Source: Lingula anatina
Taxonomy: Eukaryota; Animalia; Brachiopoda
Assembly (NCBI GenBank): GCA_051362555.1
Contig: CM120645.1
Coordinates: 13,144,001 to 13,208,000, forward strand
Length of the DNA: 64,000 nucleotides
Direction of reading: 5' to 3'
The position numbers and the translations under genes are program-made. The notes beneath the pieces were generated by a model, which was given only the letters and a program-made list of their open reading frames with translations, ran no database searches and was not told the origin of the DNA. Shown here in pieces: positions 52,499 to 64,000 of this stretch (positions within the stretch are counted from its first letter, which is position 1; each line of letters starts with the position of its first letter).

Positions 52499-52669
52499 CA
52501 GGGGTGGATTTAGGCTATCTTCGGGCTCTTCCAGCCAGAAGATTTTCAAGTTGCATTGACGAGTATCAAATTTTTTCTGTTGGAAGACCATCAAAAATGA
52601 AGGCTGGGCCATATAGCTCCCTGACATAATTCGGAAGACTGTCAGAAAATATCTTTGGATCTGCCCCTG
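52499..52669. mobile_element. hAT-like MITE, copy 2
   Basis: CAGGGGTGGATTTAGG ... GGATCTGCCCCTG; interior aligns with 5360-5527. Confidence 0.75.
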
Positions 52670-53289
52670 CCAAGTTGATCTCCAAACCAACATATCCACG
52701 TACCAAATATGGCTGATTAATTGGCCCACTTGAAAGCTTGCTGAAAATCACCCAATATATAGACACTGAATAGATTCCCGACAGGGATTACGTGGTAAGC
52801 TTTCAAGAGGGTCTGCCATATTTGATCCACAGATCTGTTAGTCTGGGGATCAACTTTGGTTGCACCTTCAGTATATATAGAGCCCACCATTAAAGACATT
52901 AAATATATTTTTAAAATTCAAGACATTCAAGGGCAGCGACTTTAAGAATGATACACTTGCAAGAAAATAAATATTTATAACTGCATATTTTCCCGACAAG
53001 ATGATTCCTTCAAAACACTGTATCTGTATAAATAACGCCTGATATATCTCCTCGGTAAACTGACACTGTGAATAACCCATTTACCGATATATCGACTGCT
53101 TTATCTTCTGCTTAAAAAGGCACAAAATTTGTCGCGGTACATAAAATAACATAATTTAATGTTCTACTTTTCTGTCTGGGTCGTCCAGTAACGTAGATAA
53201 ACACTGTAAAAATAGGGGAAAAATAACATTGCTATGTTCTATTGTACTAAAAAATGTGGCTTCTATCCACACAAAACTTTCTGAACTCA

Positions 53290-53799
53290 CTGTTCTCCGC
53301 GTGTTTACACTCACTGGCTGTGGCTAAAACTGGGTCACTTGTCTTCTTCTTGGGGAGAGATAGATGAAATTATGAGAAACATTTGTGTCAGATATAAACT
53401 TAGTACGAATCACAGGATTTTACAAAGACTGGCATTTTCACATGAAAAAAGACCCCGTAATGTCATATGGCATTTTTTAATGATAAGAAGTGTGATCAAA
53501 ATATTAATTGCAGCTATCAAATTCTTTTTTCCTCCCTTTCCCAAAATGAAATCGGTTCAGCAAAATATAGCAGGGGCAAACCACCGGCGCATGGGCCTGC
53601 TGTAGACCGCGAGGGGCCTTGGCTACTTCAAGGCCGAAACAGTTTTTAATGCAAATTTCGTGACTATATTCATAATTGGTCAAGCAGATACAGGGACATA
53701 TACCGCGTGGTAACGGTGTTAAAGTTCAACAACTTGTTGCTCGGGCTGCTGCAAGTGTTGAAACTTGTTTAAATTAATAGTTCAACTTGGTTCCGCAAT
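53290..53799. promoter_or_regulatory. Probable shared promoter region of QNG1 and the RRM gene
   Basis: CpG-enriched; a - strand donor (ctcac) near 53290 fits a QNG1 5' UTR exon; YY1-like AATATGGCG overlaps the RRM gene ATG. Confidence 0.55.
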
Positions 53800-54705
53800 A
53801 TGGCGCACATGGTGATTCCGTCCAGTCGACATACCCTGTTTTTTCGCGGATTTACTGGTGATGTCGACCTTAATGCAGTGAGGTACGTGCTTTGAATATT
53901 TCATTTTTATTGGGTTTTGTACACCCTTTTTTTTTTTTGCCATCGCCTAATAAAGTACGGCCGATGAATGAAAATTTTGTGCTCGTGTAGAAATTGCGAT
54001 AAATATTACGTCTAGACTACTACGCAAGTTTCTACAACAATTTATGTACTACTGCTGTTACTACTTCTGCCAGCCACACTTGCCATCCTACTGCTTTTGC
54101 TGCTGCTGTTCATGCTCACTGGCATGCCCCGTAGCGAATGTTGCATGTCTCGTATGGACTTTCCCCAAATCTATATTTAATGAGTTAGCTGACCCCCACC
54201 CCCCCCCCCCCACAAACACACACGGATACATATTATACGTGCACAGACACTCACCTGTAAGCAGCTAGAGCACCTGTGCTCAACTAAATTAAACTAATTG
54301 GGTTAATTTAGATTGATACACTGAGGATTGTGAATGAAGGGAGTAAACCCCTCAACAGTGTAATTACATGTTAAAATAAATCACTCTGTTAATTTCCAAA
54401 CAGATAACTTATTTAAAAAAAATTCCTTAATTTCCAATCTCTCCAAACCCCCACCCAGCCATCGGTCTATTTAGTCTGTGCAGGCCCTACTACTGTACGC
54501 ACACTCAGTTGTGAGGGTTTTAATACTCTGCAGTACGTGATACTATATATATTTTCAATATTCAACTTTTTTTTTGTAGAGAATTCTTTACCAATGAAGG
54601 TGGTGAATGTTCTGTGGATTTCTTCAAGATAACCGAGGATCAGACGAACCTGTATTTGGCGCTGAGATTTGAGACCAATGATGTGGCCAGAGACATCATA
54701 CAAAG
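53800..54705 (+). CDS. 5' part (exons 1-2) of a putative RRM-domain protein; remainder not located in the window
   Basis: Exon 53800-53882 (ATG...AG|gtacgt) and exon 54580-54705 (ttttgtag|...AG|gtgag) join in phase: MAHMVIPSSRHTLFFRGFTGDVDLNAVREFFTNEGGECSVDFFKITEDQTNLYLALRFETNDVARDIIQR. RNP2-like TLFFRGF and RNP1-like LYLALRF have RRM-like spacing; lies in a CpG-rich start region. Confidence 0.7.
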
Positions 54706-54715
54706 GTGAGTTTTA

Positions 54716-54968
54716 GACCCCATTCCCATCACTTAATTCATTGGTCCACTTAGATCAATCCAACTCTGCGGGGACTCTCGCTGAATGCAATAAGTTTATC
54801 TCGATGGCACACCTCTTCCTGTAGTAGAATACAGAAAAACTGGTGATTATATATATATACAACTACATTGGAAACAAGAGGTGTGGTATTCAGTTAAGAC
54901 AGTTAAGCTGATTGCACTCAGTAACAGTCCCTGCAGAGTTGGATCGATGGTGTTATAAGAATGGGGCC
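54716..54968. mobile_element. MITE (CCCATTCCCA termini), copy 2
   Basis: Inverted arms ATCCAACTCTGCGGGGACT / AGTCCCTGCAGAGTTGGAT; starts 10 bp after an exon donor. Confidence 0.6.
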
Positions 54969-55759
54969 ACAGATTACTATAGTAATTATGTGCACTTTTC
55001 CACAGCAGAAGTTTGCTTCATAAATTAGCCAGAGTCACATCTGTGTTTATCTAGTAAAAAAAATCTATCAGTGACCCTGGTAGAGGCAATGTTATAGTTA
55101 GTGACAAGTTCAAGCTGTGATGGACTGGTATTATCAGTTTGTTTTTTAGTAGTGATCGTATATTATCTAATGTAACTTTATTTTTTTTCTCTTCCTAATG
55201 ATACTTTACTGTTGCATAGTTCATGCAAAAGGCCTGCAATTACTTTGTCAGATTTGTTGGTGCTCTTTTAGTTTTAGGTAAAGTTATCTGGATTTGATCA
55301 AAAATGAGTCTTGTTTGAAAAGGAAGAACCTCAGGCTCTAAATTTGTACATTTTCGGATGCTCTTAATATGGCACCTCTATGGCAACAACTCTTTTTGTT
55401 GTTTTTGTTGATTTTGATGGAATGGACTTGTAAGCAGCTATTATGCAACCACAAATTGAATTTTGTTGCTTACCAATGAAAGTTGTTTTCACTACTATGA
55501 GGTAGACTCTTTCTGATTGTATAGAGTAGTAACAGCAGTATAGCAGCAGGCATCTTTGCCATTGACTGAAAATGAAGTAAAATTTTTGTTTAGAATAGTC
55601 ATGTGGACTGAATGCTGTAGATGTGCCATGAGGAATGTGTTCTGCAATAATGAGGTGGATTGTTCTTATCTAGGTAATACGTGCCACTACCAAACATCAG
55701 GTACACTTTTAAAAATGGTAAAAATAAGTTACTATTGAAAACTATGAATAAATTTTTAA

Positions 55760-56093
55760 AGGGATAACTCTTCGTTTCGGCCAAAAAATGAATTTTCCTG
55801 GAGTAAACAATAATTTTTCCATACTTACCAATGGTTAGTGAATCCATTTTTACATTCAAAGTTAGTCCCTGGTTTTTTTCTAAAAAGTTGGGTTTTTTGT
55901 TAAAATCTCTTAAGAGATTTTAACGGAGTATAGCCATCAATGGAGGTCACGTGGTCTAAAGACAACCTCAGATATCAGAATAATAGCTTAAACTGCCGTT
56001 TTTGTGGTAAAACAGAATATATCATATTTCTTTGAGTTATTCACAATGTTTTTATTGGGAAATATAGATCTCATACGAAGAGTTATTATCCCT
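55760..56093. mobile_element. Kolobok-like MITE (TTAA TSD, AG...CT termini)
   Basis: TTAA|AGGGATAACTCTTCGT ... ACGAAGAGTTATTATCCCT|TTAA; second copy at about 47870-48180. Confidence 0.7.
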
Positions 56094-57144
56094 TTAACTG
56101 AAAAGGGGTTAAATCACAGGCATATCATAGAAGTGATTTCATGGTTTATAATAGGACATATTTAAAAGGGCCCCAGGGATTTATCCTAGTGGTGATTCCA
56201 TGGCCAATTTACACTACGAAGTATAACTTTATATGTCAAAGTTTATTAAAATCATTTAAATATCTGAGTTAAAATTAAAGTAGCTGAACCTATAAATGAA
56301 CTGTTATCAAGTTTTGAATCAACAGGATGGGGAAGGGGAAGGCAAATAAACCCAGATAAACCCAGGTATATTAATTGTCATCTTATGTAAACAACACTGA
56401 GGCACATGGGGAGTGCCATATATACAAGAACCAAACTTATTTTACTTTAATTTTGTTTGCTTATGAAAATGTATCAGTACCAGTTATCTGTGTATTTTGT
56501 ATTTTCACTTAAATATTTGCAATTGGCATTTAGCAGGTAATTTTTTTTCTTCTAAAAATTGCCAAAGTCACCCAATTTTCTTTGAATTCATTCGATTAGA
56601 TCTGATAGTAGGTTTATCTCATCTGTTTATTTGCTTAGTCCTTCTTCAACTCGGCTTACCTTTAAAGCAATCACTTTGTTCAAGAATTTTGTTTATTTAG
56701 GGCATAGCAAATAAAGGGTTTTCTTGTAAGTGGACTATTCCTTACATGGGAAATCGTAAGTTGGTTCTGGAAATTCTTTTATGACAAAGTTTAATCTCCA
56801 TACTGTGGTTTCTTTTTAATTTTTTAATTCTAAGAAAAACAGTTATATATACATGGAAATTTGGCAGAGATAAATGCCAGCTGGATCTCCCGTGTTCCAT
56901 ATTAGTTAAATTGATATATATCCAGATGTGACAAAGCTGACATCAATAGCTGGAATTATTCTTATTTCTTTGTATACTGATCTAGACCTCAGGTAAATAT
57001 TACGTACTCTGAGCAGTATCCACTGGCATTTGTATGTTATTTCAATTCTTTTAGAGCTTGGGCATTGGGAATAATTTCATCAGCTGTGTTATATAGTTAG
57101 AATAGAGTTGTGAATTTTCTTCAACTAACAGCTGTACTAGTGAT

Positions 57145-57314
57145 CAGGGGCGGATCCTGAGATATTTTCTGACAGTCTTCCAAATTATCTTTGTTGAACC
57201 ATCCTCCAGTTTTGACTGTCTTCTTACAGAAAAAATGAGATGCCCTTCAATGTAAACTCTAAAAAAACTGATTGTCTTCCAGAAGACCTAGAAGACAGCT
57301 TCTGCCTGCCCCTG
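57145..57314. mobile_element. hAT-like MITE, copy 3 (opposite orientation)
   Basis: CAGGGGCGGATCC ... GCCCCTG; interior is the reverse complement of copy 1. Confidence 0.7.
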
Positions 57315-57793
57315 ACTAATATTGAAAAGTTGTTTCTTAGGATAAACATCAAATTATTTGAGGTAAAGAACAATTTCAGTATTTGTAGTTGATTGAAAAA
57401 ATTCACTATTTTATTCTCTGGGGCAACGTATATTTTCTCACACATTTATCGAAAGTCCAGTCTGCAGAAACCACTTATCATGCACTGTAATGATATGTGA
57501 TATGATATAGTTATCTGATGTAGGCTACAGGTGAGTGGAAGTCGGTATATTTGTGATAGATTTATGTTTATTTTGCCCTCTGTTTTGTATTCACACTTCA
57601 AATGGCCCAGAAGAAATCCTACAGATTTACCTTGGTGATAACTATAATAAAGCTACTGAAAGCTGAAGACTTCAAATTAATTTAAGGTGATAGGAGAAAC
57701 ATGATCGAATTACATTTAATCATGGTTCTTCTTTGAAAGCAGAGTAGATTTCAGATATACAGACCTGACAAAGCTATCTATAAATAACTTATA

Positions 57794-58007
57794 CACCCCA
57801 TTTCCATAGATTAGATCGACCTACTTTGGATCGACCTAACTCCCTGGGGGTTCACGCTGAATAGCTGTCAGCCGGGCGGACACGAAAGTTAATTGCCCCT
57901 TACGGCTTGTAGTGGGCGGGGACGGACACTTAAGGGGGATTATCTGACGGTAGTCTGGTGAGACTCCCCGCGGTGATAGATCGATCTAAAGTTGTGGGAA
58001 CAGACCC
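57794..58007. mobile_element. Harbinger-like MITE with GC-rich core, copy 2
   Basis: Aligns end to end with 27157-27359. Confidence 0.7.
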
Positions 58008-58468
58008 ATAGACTGGTAGTTCAGTTATGGGAAGCTTCTTCATAAAGCAAATGATTCAGTTCAATTTTTCAAACCTCCATTTACTATAAAAAATGGCAAC
58101 TTCACATTGTTTTCCTGCAGTATTGATTTTATGGGTAAACATTTTGGTTTTTTAAGTGATATTGAGACAAATGGGACTTCATACAGGGAAAATTAATGGG
58201 TTTGCTAGGCTAGAATGATCGATGACTGTTACAATGGTTCACAATGCTCAGGGGCGGATGAACTGATGCTCTTTATAGGCTAATAAATGTCAAAATTAAA
58301 TGTGGAAAATTTATCTCGAGGACAGTCCCAGGAATAAGTTTGTCATTCTGACTGGTAAAACACATAATTTTGGACTAGAGAAACTGTTGCCCTCATTGAG
58401 GAGAAAGCTGCCCAATAGTACAACCAGAGAATTGATCTAAAAGACTGGTATGCTGTGATTTATGATTG

Positions 58469-58673
58469 GGCGCATTCAGCCACTTGATTTGTGTACTAAC
58501 TAGTCCGTGGATCAAATATGGTGCACGCTTGATGATGGATTCCCGCCTCCCATCTCATGCCGTCCCAGCAGGGGCAGAGCAATTAAATCTCGGCACACTT
58601 TCAGGTGGGTTGCGCCATATTTGATACGTGGACAAGTTAGCCAGTGGATCAAATACTGGCTGTGAATGCTGCC
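58469..58673. mobile_element. MITE with about 50-bp imperfect TIRs
   Basis: GCATTCAGCC...GATCAAATATGG / CCATATTTGAT...GGCTGTGAATGC; related termini at about 52484-52870. Confidence 0.55.
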
Positions 58674-59460
58674 TTAGATTTAAATCGGTGCTTTTAGGTT
58701 AAGGAGGTACACTGAAGTGATCTGATAAATAGAACATCAGACCTAGCCACTAGAATACTAAGAAAAAGAATTACTTACTAGTAATCAGGTATTTCCTGTG
58801 ATTTGAATTCCATATGATCCATGCTGTAACCGCGCATTTCTGTGAATGCACATACTTAGGCTGAGAGGTACATAAACTTATCACCAAGTGCTGAAAGTTA
58901 AATGCTATTATGCAAATTTTTTTTGTTTGTTTTTTGTTATAATGCAGAATACAGGAACACTGATATGGTGGCTCTCAAATTAGTCAGGGTTTTACTGAAA
59001 AGCTTGCGGTTGGTTGCCTTGTGAAAAATACATGATACTTAACAAAGCAATAATCAAATGTGCAGCGCAGGATAGATAATAGAGTTGTACTTCCCTGCGG
59101 CATTCGAGATCAGCCATTTGAGACAACAAAGGCGACGTAAACCCATGAATTATTTACAGACAGCAGTTTGCAGCTGTCAAATGCAGGATACACACCTTGC
59201 ATGCTTGGGAGGAGAGGTTCATTGAATTTTCCGAGAACGTATTGATTTTGGTGCAGGCTCGGTCTATTTATATCTGGTTAGGACTTCACAGTTGCTGTTC
59301 ATCCTGCCACTGAGTTAATATATGAAGACAGAGTCTGCCAGGACAACAGAGTCAGGAGCTGGTATGTTTTTGTTTTTTTTTTTTTAATGCTTGAATCATC
59401 TCTGCCCTACATAACCGGGAAGTTGTTTCTATTACTAGTACCAGTACATCGGGAAGGATA

Positions 59461-59463
<3 letters not shown>

Positions 59464-59498
<35 letters not shown>
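59464..59498. repeat. (TG)n microsatellite
   Basis: Perfect TG run. Confidence 0.9.
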
Positions 59499-59499
<1 letters not shown>

Positions 59500-61770
59500 G
59501 GGCTGATCACTGCCTCTACCTGCCTGTCAGTTGCAGTTGAACAGGAAACCAAGTACATGTGTTGAAGATTATTCATTGCTCAGTAAGGCTTTTTATTTCT
59601 GTTTTCCAGGCCTGGGCTGCATGGAGATATAAATGCAGCAATAGTTCAAGAAGTTATGTGTCCTCTGTAGTGTAATTCTCGTACTAAATTTCAGATATTT
59701 GAGAAGACAGATTTTTTTTCTCTTTCTGTATTTTGGATATTCCAGACAGCCACCATTTACCAAGTGAACCGGCCTGGCATGTATATTTTATGATTTGGTT
59801 ATCATTACTTGTCATTTCCAGATGTTCTGCTGTTCAGAGGGTTGCTCTTAGTGCAAAGCCCATTTTTATGCTGTTAAGTCTTTTATAGTCTTTTTTTCAG
59901 CTATTGTAAATTGATAAACTGTTTTAATGATATCCAGGTTCCAGCTAATAGGTGCTCAATTGTTGACAAAGAGAGATATGTAATGGCTATAAAACACTGG
60001 GTTCTGTACTGTGATGTCTCTGTTTCAAAATCAGTCGATATGATGTTCAGATGGTTTTCAGCTCAGCAGTGATCCACCTTATCACCCCTGCACTATTTTA
60101 CACAGCTGAATTCTTGGTAATAATGAAACCAGTCCCAGTTTGATCCACGCATGGATACCAGTATGTTGTGGTGTTACATGAAGCGAATCCTCACGCTTAA
60201 ATATTGTATGCTAATGCTGTCTTCGTAGGTTTGACGGGCAGGAAGTTTTAGGATGCAGACTCTGTGTAACGTGGTATAAAGACCTCAGAAAGGCCAGACA
60301 GAAAGGTAAGGGCACTTAAACAACAATTTATGCAATATATGGTGGGTTGGTTGGAGGGGGGGGGGGGTTGGGGGGGCGGCATAATCAAGGGGAAGAAAAA
60401 TGTGGGAGCATGTTGAGCATGTTGAGTTTTTGCCAGATATGAAAGTGAATTTATTTGGCTGGAGAATATAGGGAAGTGTGTGTGTGTGAAAGATAGAGAT
60501 AAAGAGAAATCGAAAGGGAGAGAGTGAGCGTACAGTAGGTGTGTGCTTAACCTGTTCTTTACTGATACCATTTATTTGACCAAAATGAACTTTGTCAATT
60601 TTGTCAGATTGAGATTGCATTAATCTGATATTAGGACGGTTTTCCTTTGTATAGCTGTCAAAATGATAGTAACAGCCTAACTTTGATTTGATGTGAACTA
60701 GTCTGAAATATGGATGGATATGAAAAAGGACAAGACATATATGTAAAGGGTGGGAATCTCAATTGTCAAACATTTTTTTTTTTTAATTTCCATCCCAAAA
60801 GATAAGAAATATTTTTATCAGAATTGAAACTTTTGTCACAAACTGTATGGGATAATTTTTCCAAGAACTAAGAAAACTATTTTTCAGGTACATTTGAACC
60901 GTGCATCGATGGAGCGTGGATTCCTATGCAGTAATGCATATAAATCACTTTTTTATTAAAGGTATATTTGAAACGAGCATCGGTGGAGCATGGATTCCCA
61001 GTGATGCATATAAACCACTTCTACTAGTTTCTTATACGACTCAAATGAAGTTGACATGCCAAGGGATACTTTGAATTACTCACTCCATCAGCCCTAAAAG
61101 AACTTTAATGTGTACCTTCTTCAAGGTTTTTATCATAAGTTTGACCCACTTATCTGGCCTAATTGTTGCCAAAAAATTGCTTTTATTTAGCACAGAACAA
61201 GCAGAAAAATCTGTTCAAATATAAATTTTCGGATAATATAAAATGGATGTCTTTTGGTATTGCTGTAAGTTATACTATTTGAACCAACATGGTGGCATTT
61301 GGTCGGGGTTTTTTTGGCAAAAAAGACTTCCAATGCATCTTTAATGAATATTTCATTAACTGTCTGCGGCAGACCAAAATGCAATGATCTAAAGCTAGCA
61401 ATGCAATTCCCATGTTTCTTTCAGTCTATTCATACAGTAAAATCGGGCTACAGGGCATTTGTCCTTATGTGTTTACATTTTTGCTATTTGCACAGTGTTA
61501 TATTGCGTGGTCTGGAGGGTTGCCAGAGGGTCAATTCACATAGTCGATACCTATAAAAAGGGACTTTCCCAGTGCATGATAACCTTTGTGAATAAGTCTG
61601 CTCAATAGTGGCCTGAAATTTGTTACTAAAAGGGAACTGCACTGACACACTGCACCATTGGTTGACTATCAATATAGGTCACCGATATTGATTTTTTTTT
61701 CGACTAACAGAGGATGAGCTGTTGTTAGTGTTGTGTGTTGCAGGGTGCGTGTGTGTACTGCTCCCAAGTT

Positions 61771-63075
61771 CAGACTTTACGAAAGGCCAAAAAATCTGTC
61801 AGACATTCGGTCTGACAAGCTTAAAAATTCTGTCAGACCAAAACAAAATCTGTCAGACCGAAGTAAAATAATAGAAATATGAACCATAATTCATGTTTTC
61901 ATGTGTATTTTCTAACGTTTTAAATCATTGACATTAAATAAATATTAATTTTTTGATATATATTTATTTGTAAAAAAGTAAAATAAGAAAGAAAAAATAG
62001 GCAAAAAATTACTTGCATAACAAGTTGTTTTTTATTTAATAAAAAAGACGCTCTGGAATGACACAAGGACTAAAACCAATACAAGTATGAAGAATGTGTA
62101 GCTAGTAATATCAAATGTATGTCCATAAAAACGTCTGTTAAGCAGATAACCATTTCGCACGTTGTTTTTGGCAATAACATGTGCATTTTGAAACAGCACA
62201 GTAAGGCGGTCTCTTTCATCCATTTGAAGCTTTGGCAGGGACTGTCCAGTCCGAGTCTAAGTTCCTTCTTCATTTTATTTCTTTTTTTTTTTTAATAAAA
62301 AGAAACTCAAACTGTGAGCTTTCATCAAGTTCAATTGCACTTTCTCCAACTCGTGATGAACGGTACATGCAAATACGTACATATGTTCCATAATTTAAGA
62401 ACCCGTAATAAAGCTGTAACATTTATGTTGCTATTGATCAAAATGATAACTTTAGTACTCCTGACACTCGGCTCACACTATTTTCCTCTCCTACAGATCA
62501 CAAGTCCGCCAGGGCCTACCTTCTTTCCAATTTATTAAACTTCCATTTCTCTTCTTCACTTCGTTTTCATTTTTGCCACGCTTTGCACCAACTAAGTGTT
62601 TAAAGTTCAACAACGTCATTTTTTAAGCAAAAGGCTTATCCATGAGTACTGTGTACGACTGATAATGAAGAAACAGAGGATCAAGTCGGTAAAAACGCAA
62701 ATAGCACGAGCACATGTGTTGCGGCCATTTTGTTGTGTAGAGGTATTACGAAACGAAAACGAGACTGTACATTACATCATCCAGGAATTCCCCAACCTCA
62801 GCCAGTCATAAAATAGTATTTGTGAGTGAAACTGAGGTTAATAAATTATGTATAATTAGCTGGGAACTCCCCGAGATTTTCACCCCGTCTCTCTTTCCGA
62901 ATGAAGTAAAATATATCGTCCAGAAAAGAAACAACAACGTATTCCTTATATTTACACATTCCCAGTCAGTTTGAAAACTCGCCGGACATAAGGTCCGACA
63001 ATACAGGATTTTTTATCGGACCGAGACGAAATTTGCCAGGCATGTCCGACGGTCCGACGCCTTTCGTAAAGTCTG
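61771..63075 (-). mobile_element. 1.3-kb internally deleted hAT-like transposon with 6-bp TSD and decayed transposase N-terminus
   Basis: Perfect 17-bp TIR CAGACTTTACGAAAGGC / GCCTTTCGTAAAGTCTG; CAAGTT on both flanks; subterminal TCTGTCAGAC and GTCCGAC repeats; - strand broken peptides WKEGRPW, SFITGS, ERDRLTVLFQNAHVIAKNN. Confidence 0.8.
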
Positions 63076-64000
63076 CAAGTTGACTACGTTGCTGCTGCAG
63101 CTGTTGTTGTATGTCTATATGTAGAAATTTGTTTGCTACAGTGTAAACGGACTACACAGACATCAAAATGTGGAGGAAAGACTACAAATTTAATAGGGAA
63201 AAGCACAGGCGCTGTGGGTATATTTTATATATTTGTGTTTTGAAGTTTTAAAAAGTGTTACATGTGTCTAAAGTTTGGATTCACCATGCCACTATGTTTA
63301 CGGAATGAATTTTGGAAGTAAATATAAAAAAATGTGGATAACGTGAAATATTTTTCACAAAGTTCTACTGGACCAGCATTGGCAGTGACAGATGAAATAA
63401 ATTGTGAGAATCATTAAAAAGGATAATGTTTACTTTAAGTAAGTAACAGTTCATCTGAGGAGAAGGTAGGTATAGTGGGAAGAGAAAGGTGCAAGGGGTA
63501 GCAGAAGGCAGACATGAATAGAATATATTGATTTTGTGTAGTTGTCGTCATTCTGACTTCTACACGCAAAAAGAAAGCCAAAGAAGGCTGAATATTAGTT
63601 TACAGCATCACTTAAAATGACTCTTTTTAATTGCTTTTCTGACCAGTTGATGTCTTAGTTTCACTTTGCTGTTATCTTTTAAAATACTAAAATATGATCA
63701 CCAGCTTATCTACTTTGACACAGTTATACACAGTTTGAATTCAGACTTGTCACAGACTTGTTGTGTGTTTCAGTTAAATAGTAAATGGTACATATCTGAT
63801 TTTTTTTCTAGTCATCAGGCAATAACCCATTAGTTAAGGCAACCATATATATTTAAAAAAAATAATAATTTGGTGGTGGTGCGTGTATATGTGTTTGAAT
63901 TTTTTTTTTATATATAATATGCATGCATGGTATCAACTGATAAAATGTATCAGTCAAGATGCTTATAAGACATTTTTTTTATTAACAGTCGACACATCTG

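Noticed and set aside
60880-61025. Exon 3 of the RRM gene at a ttttcag acceptor
   Set aside because: The required phase hits a stop within three codons; the segment is a short (about 75 bp) tandem duplication.

Overview
AT-rich, intron-rich eukaryotic (animal) genomic DNA with GT-AG introns; an invertebrate, possibly molluscan/lophotrochozoan origin is an inference from the repeat types only. I could assemble five complete spliced genes by hand: ARPC4 (-), NEK4 (+), a KLHDC8-like kelch protein (-), AASS (+) and QNG1/C9orf64 (-). There is also the 5' part of a sixth gene on + that the ORF track misses, encoding a divergent RRM-like domain. The six genes form three head-to-head pairs with CpG-richer shared promoters. 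The rest is non-autonomous DNA transposons: three Helentron-associated (HINE-like) elements carrying internal satellite arrays, a 3.2-kb CCC-terminated EnSpm-like element, a 1.3-kb hAT derivative with a 6-bp TSD, and many MITEs. The most unusual signal is a 146-bp satellite inside a HINE in which most monomers carry overlapping nuclear-receptor motifs (RORE, DR1, NBRE and often ERRE). No prokaryotic system, CRISPR array, tRNA or rRNA was seen. Most short ORFs in the track are spurious or single exons.
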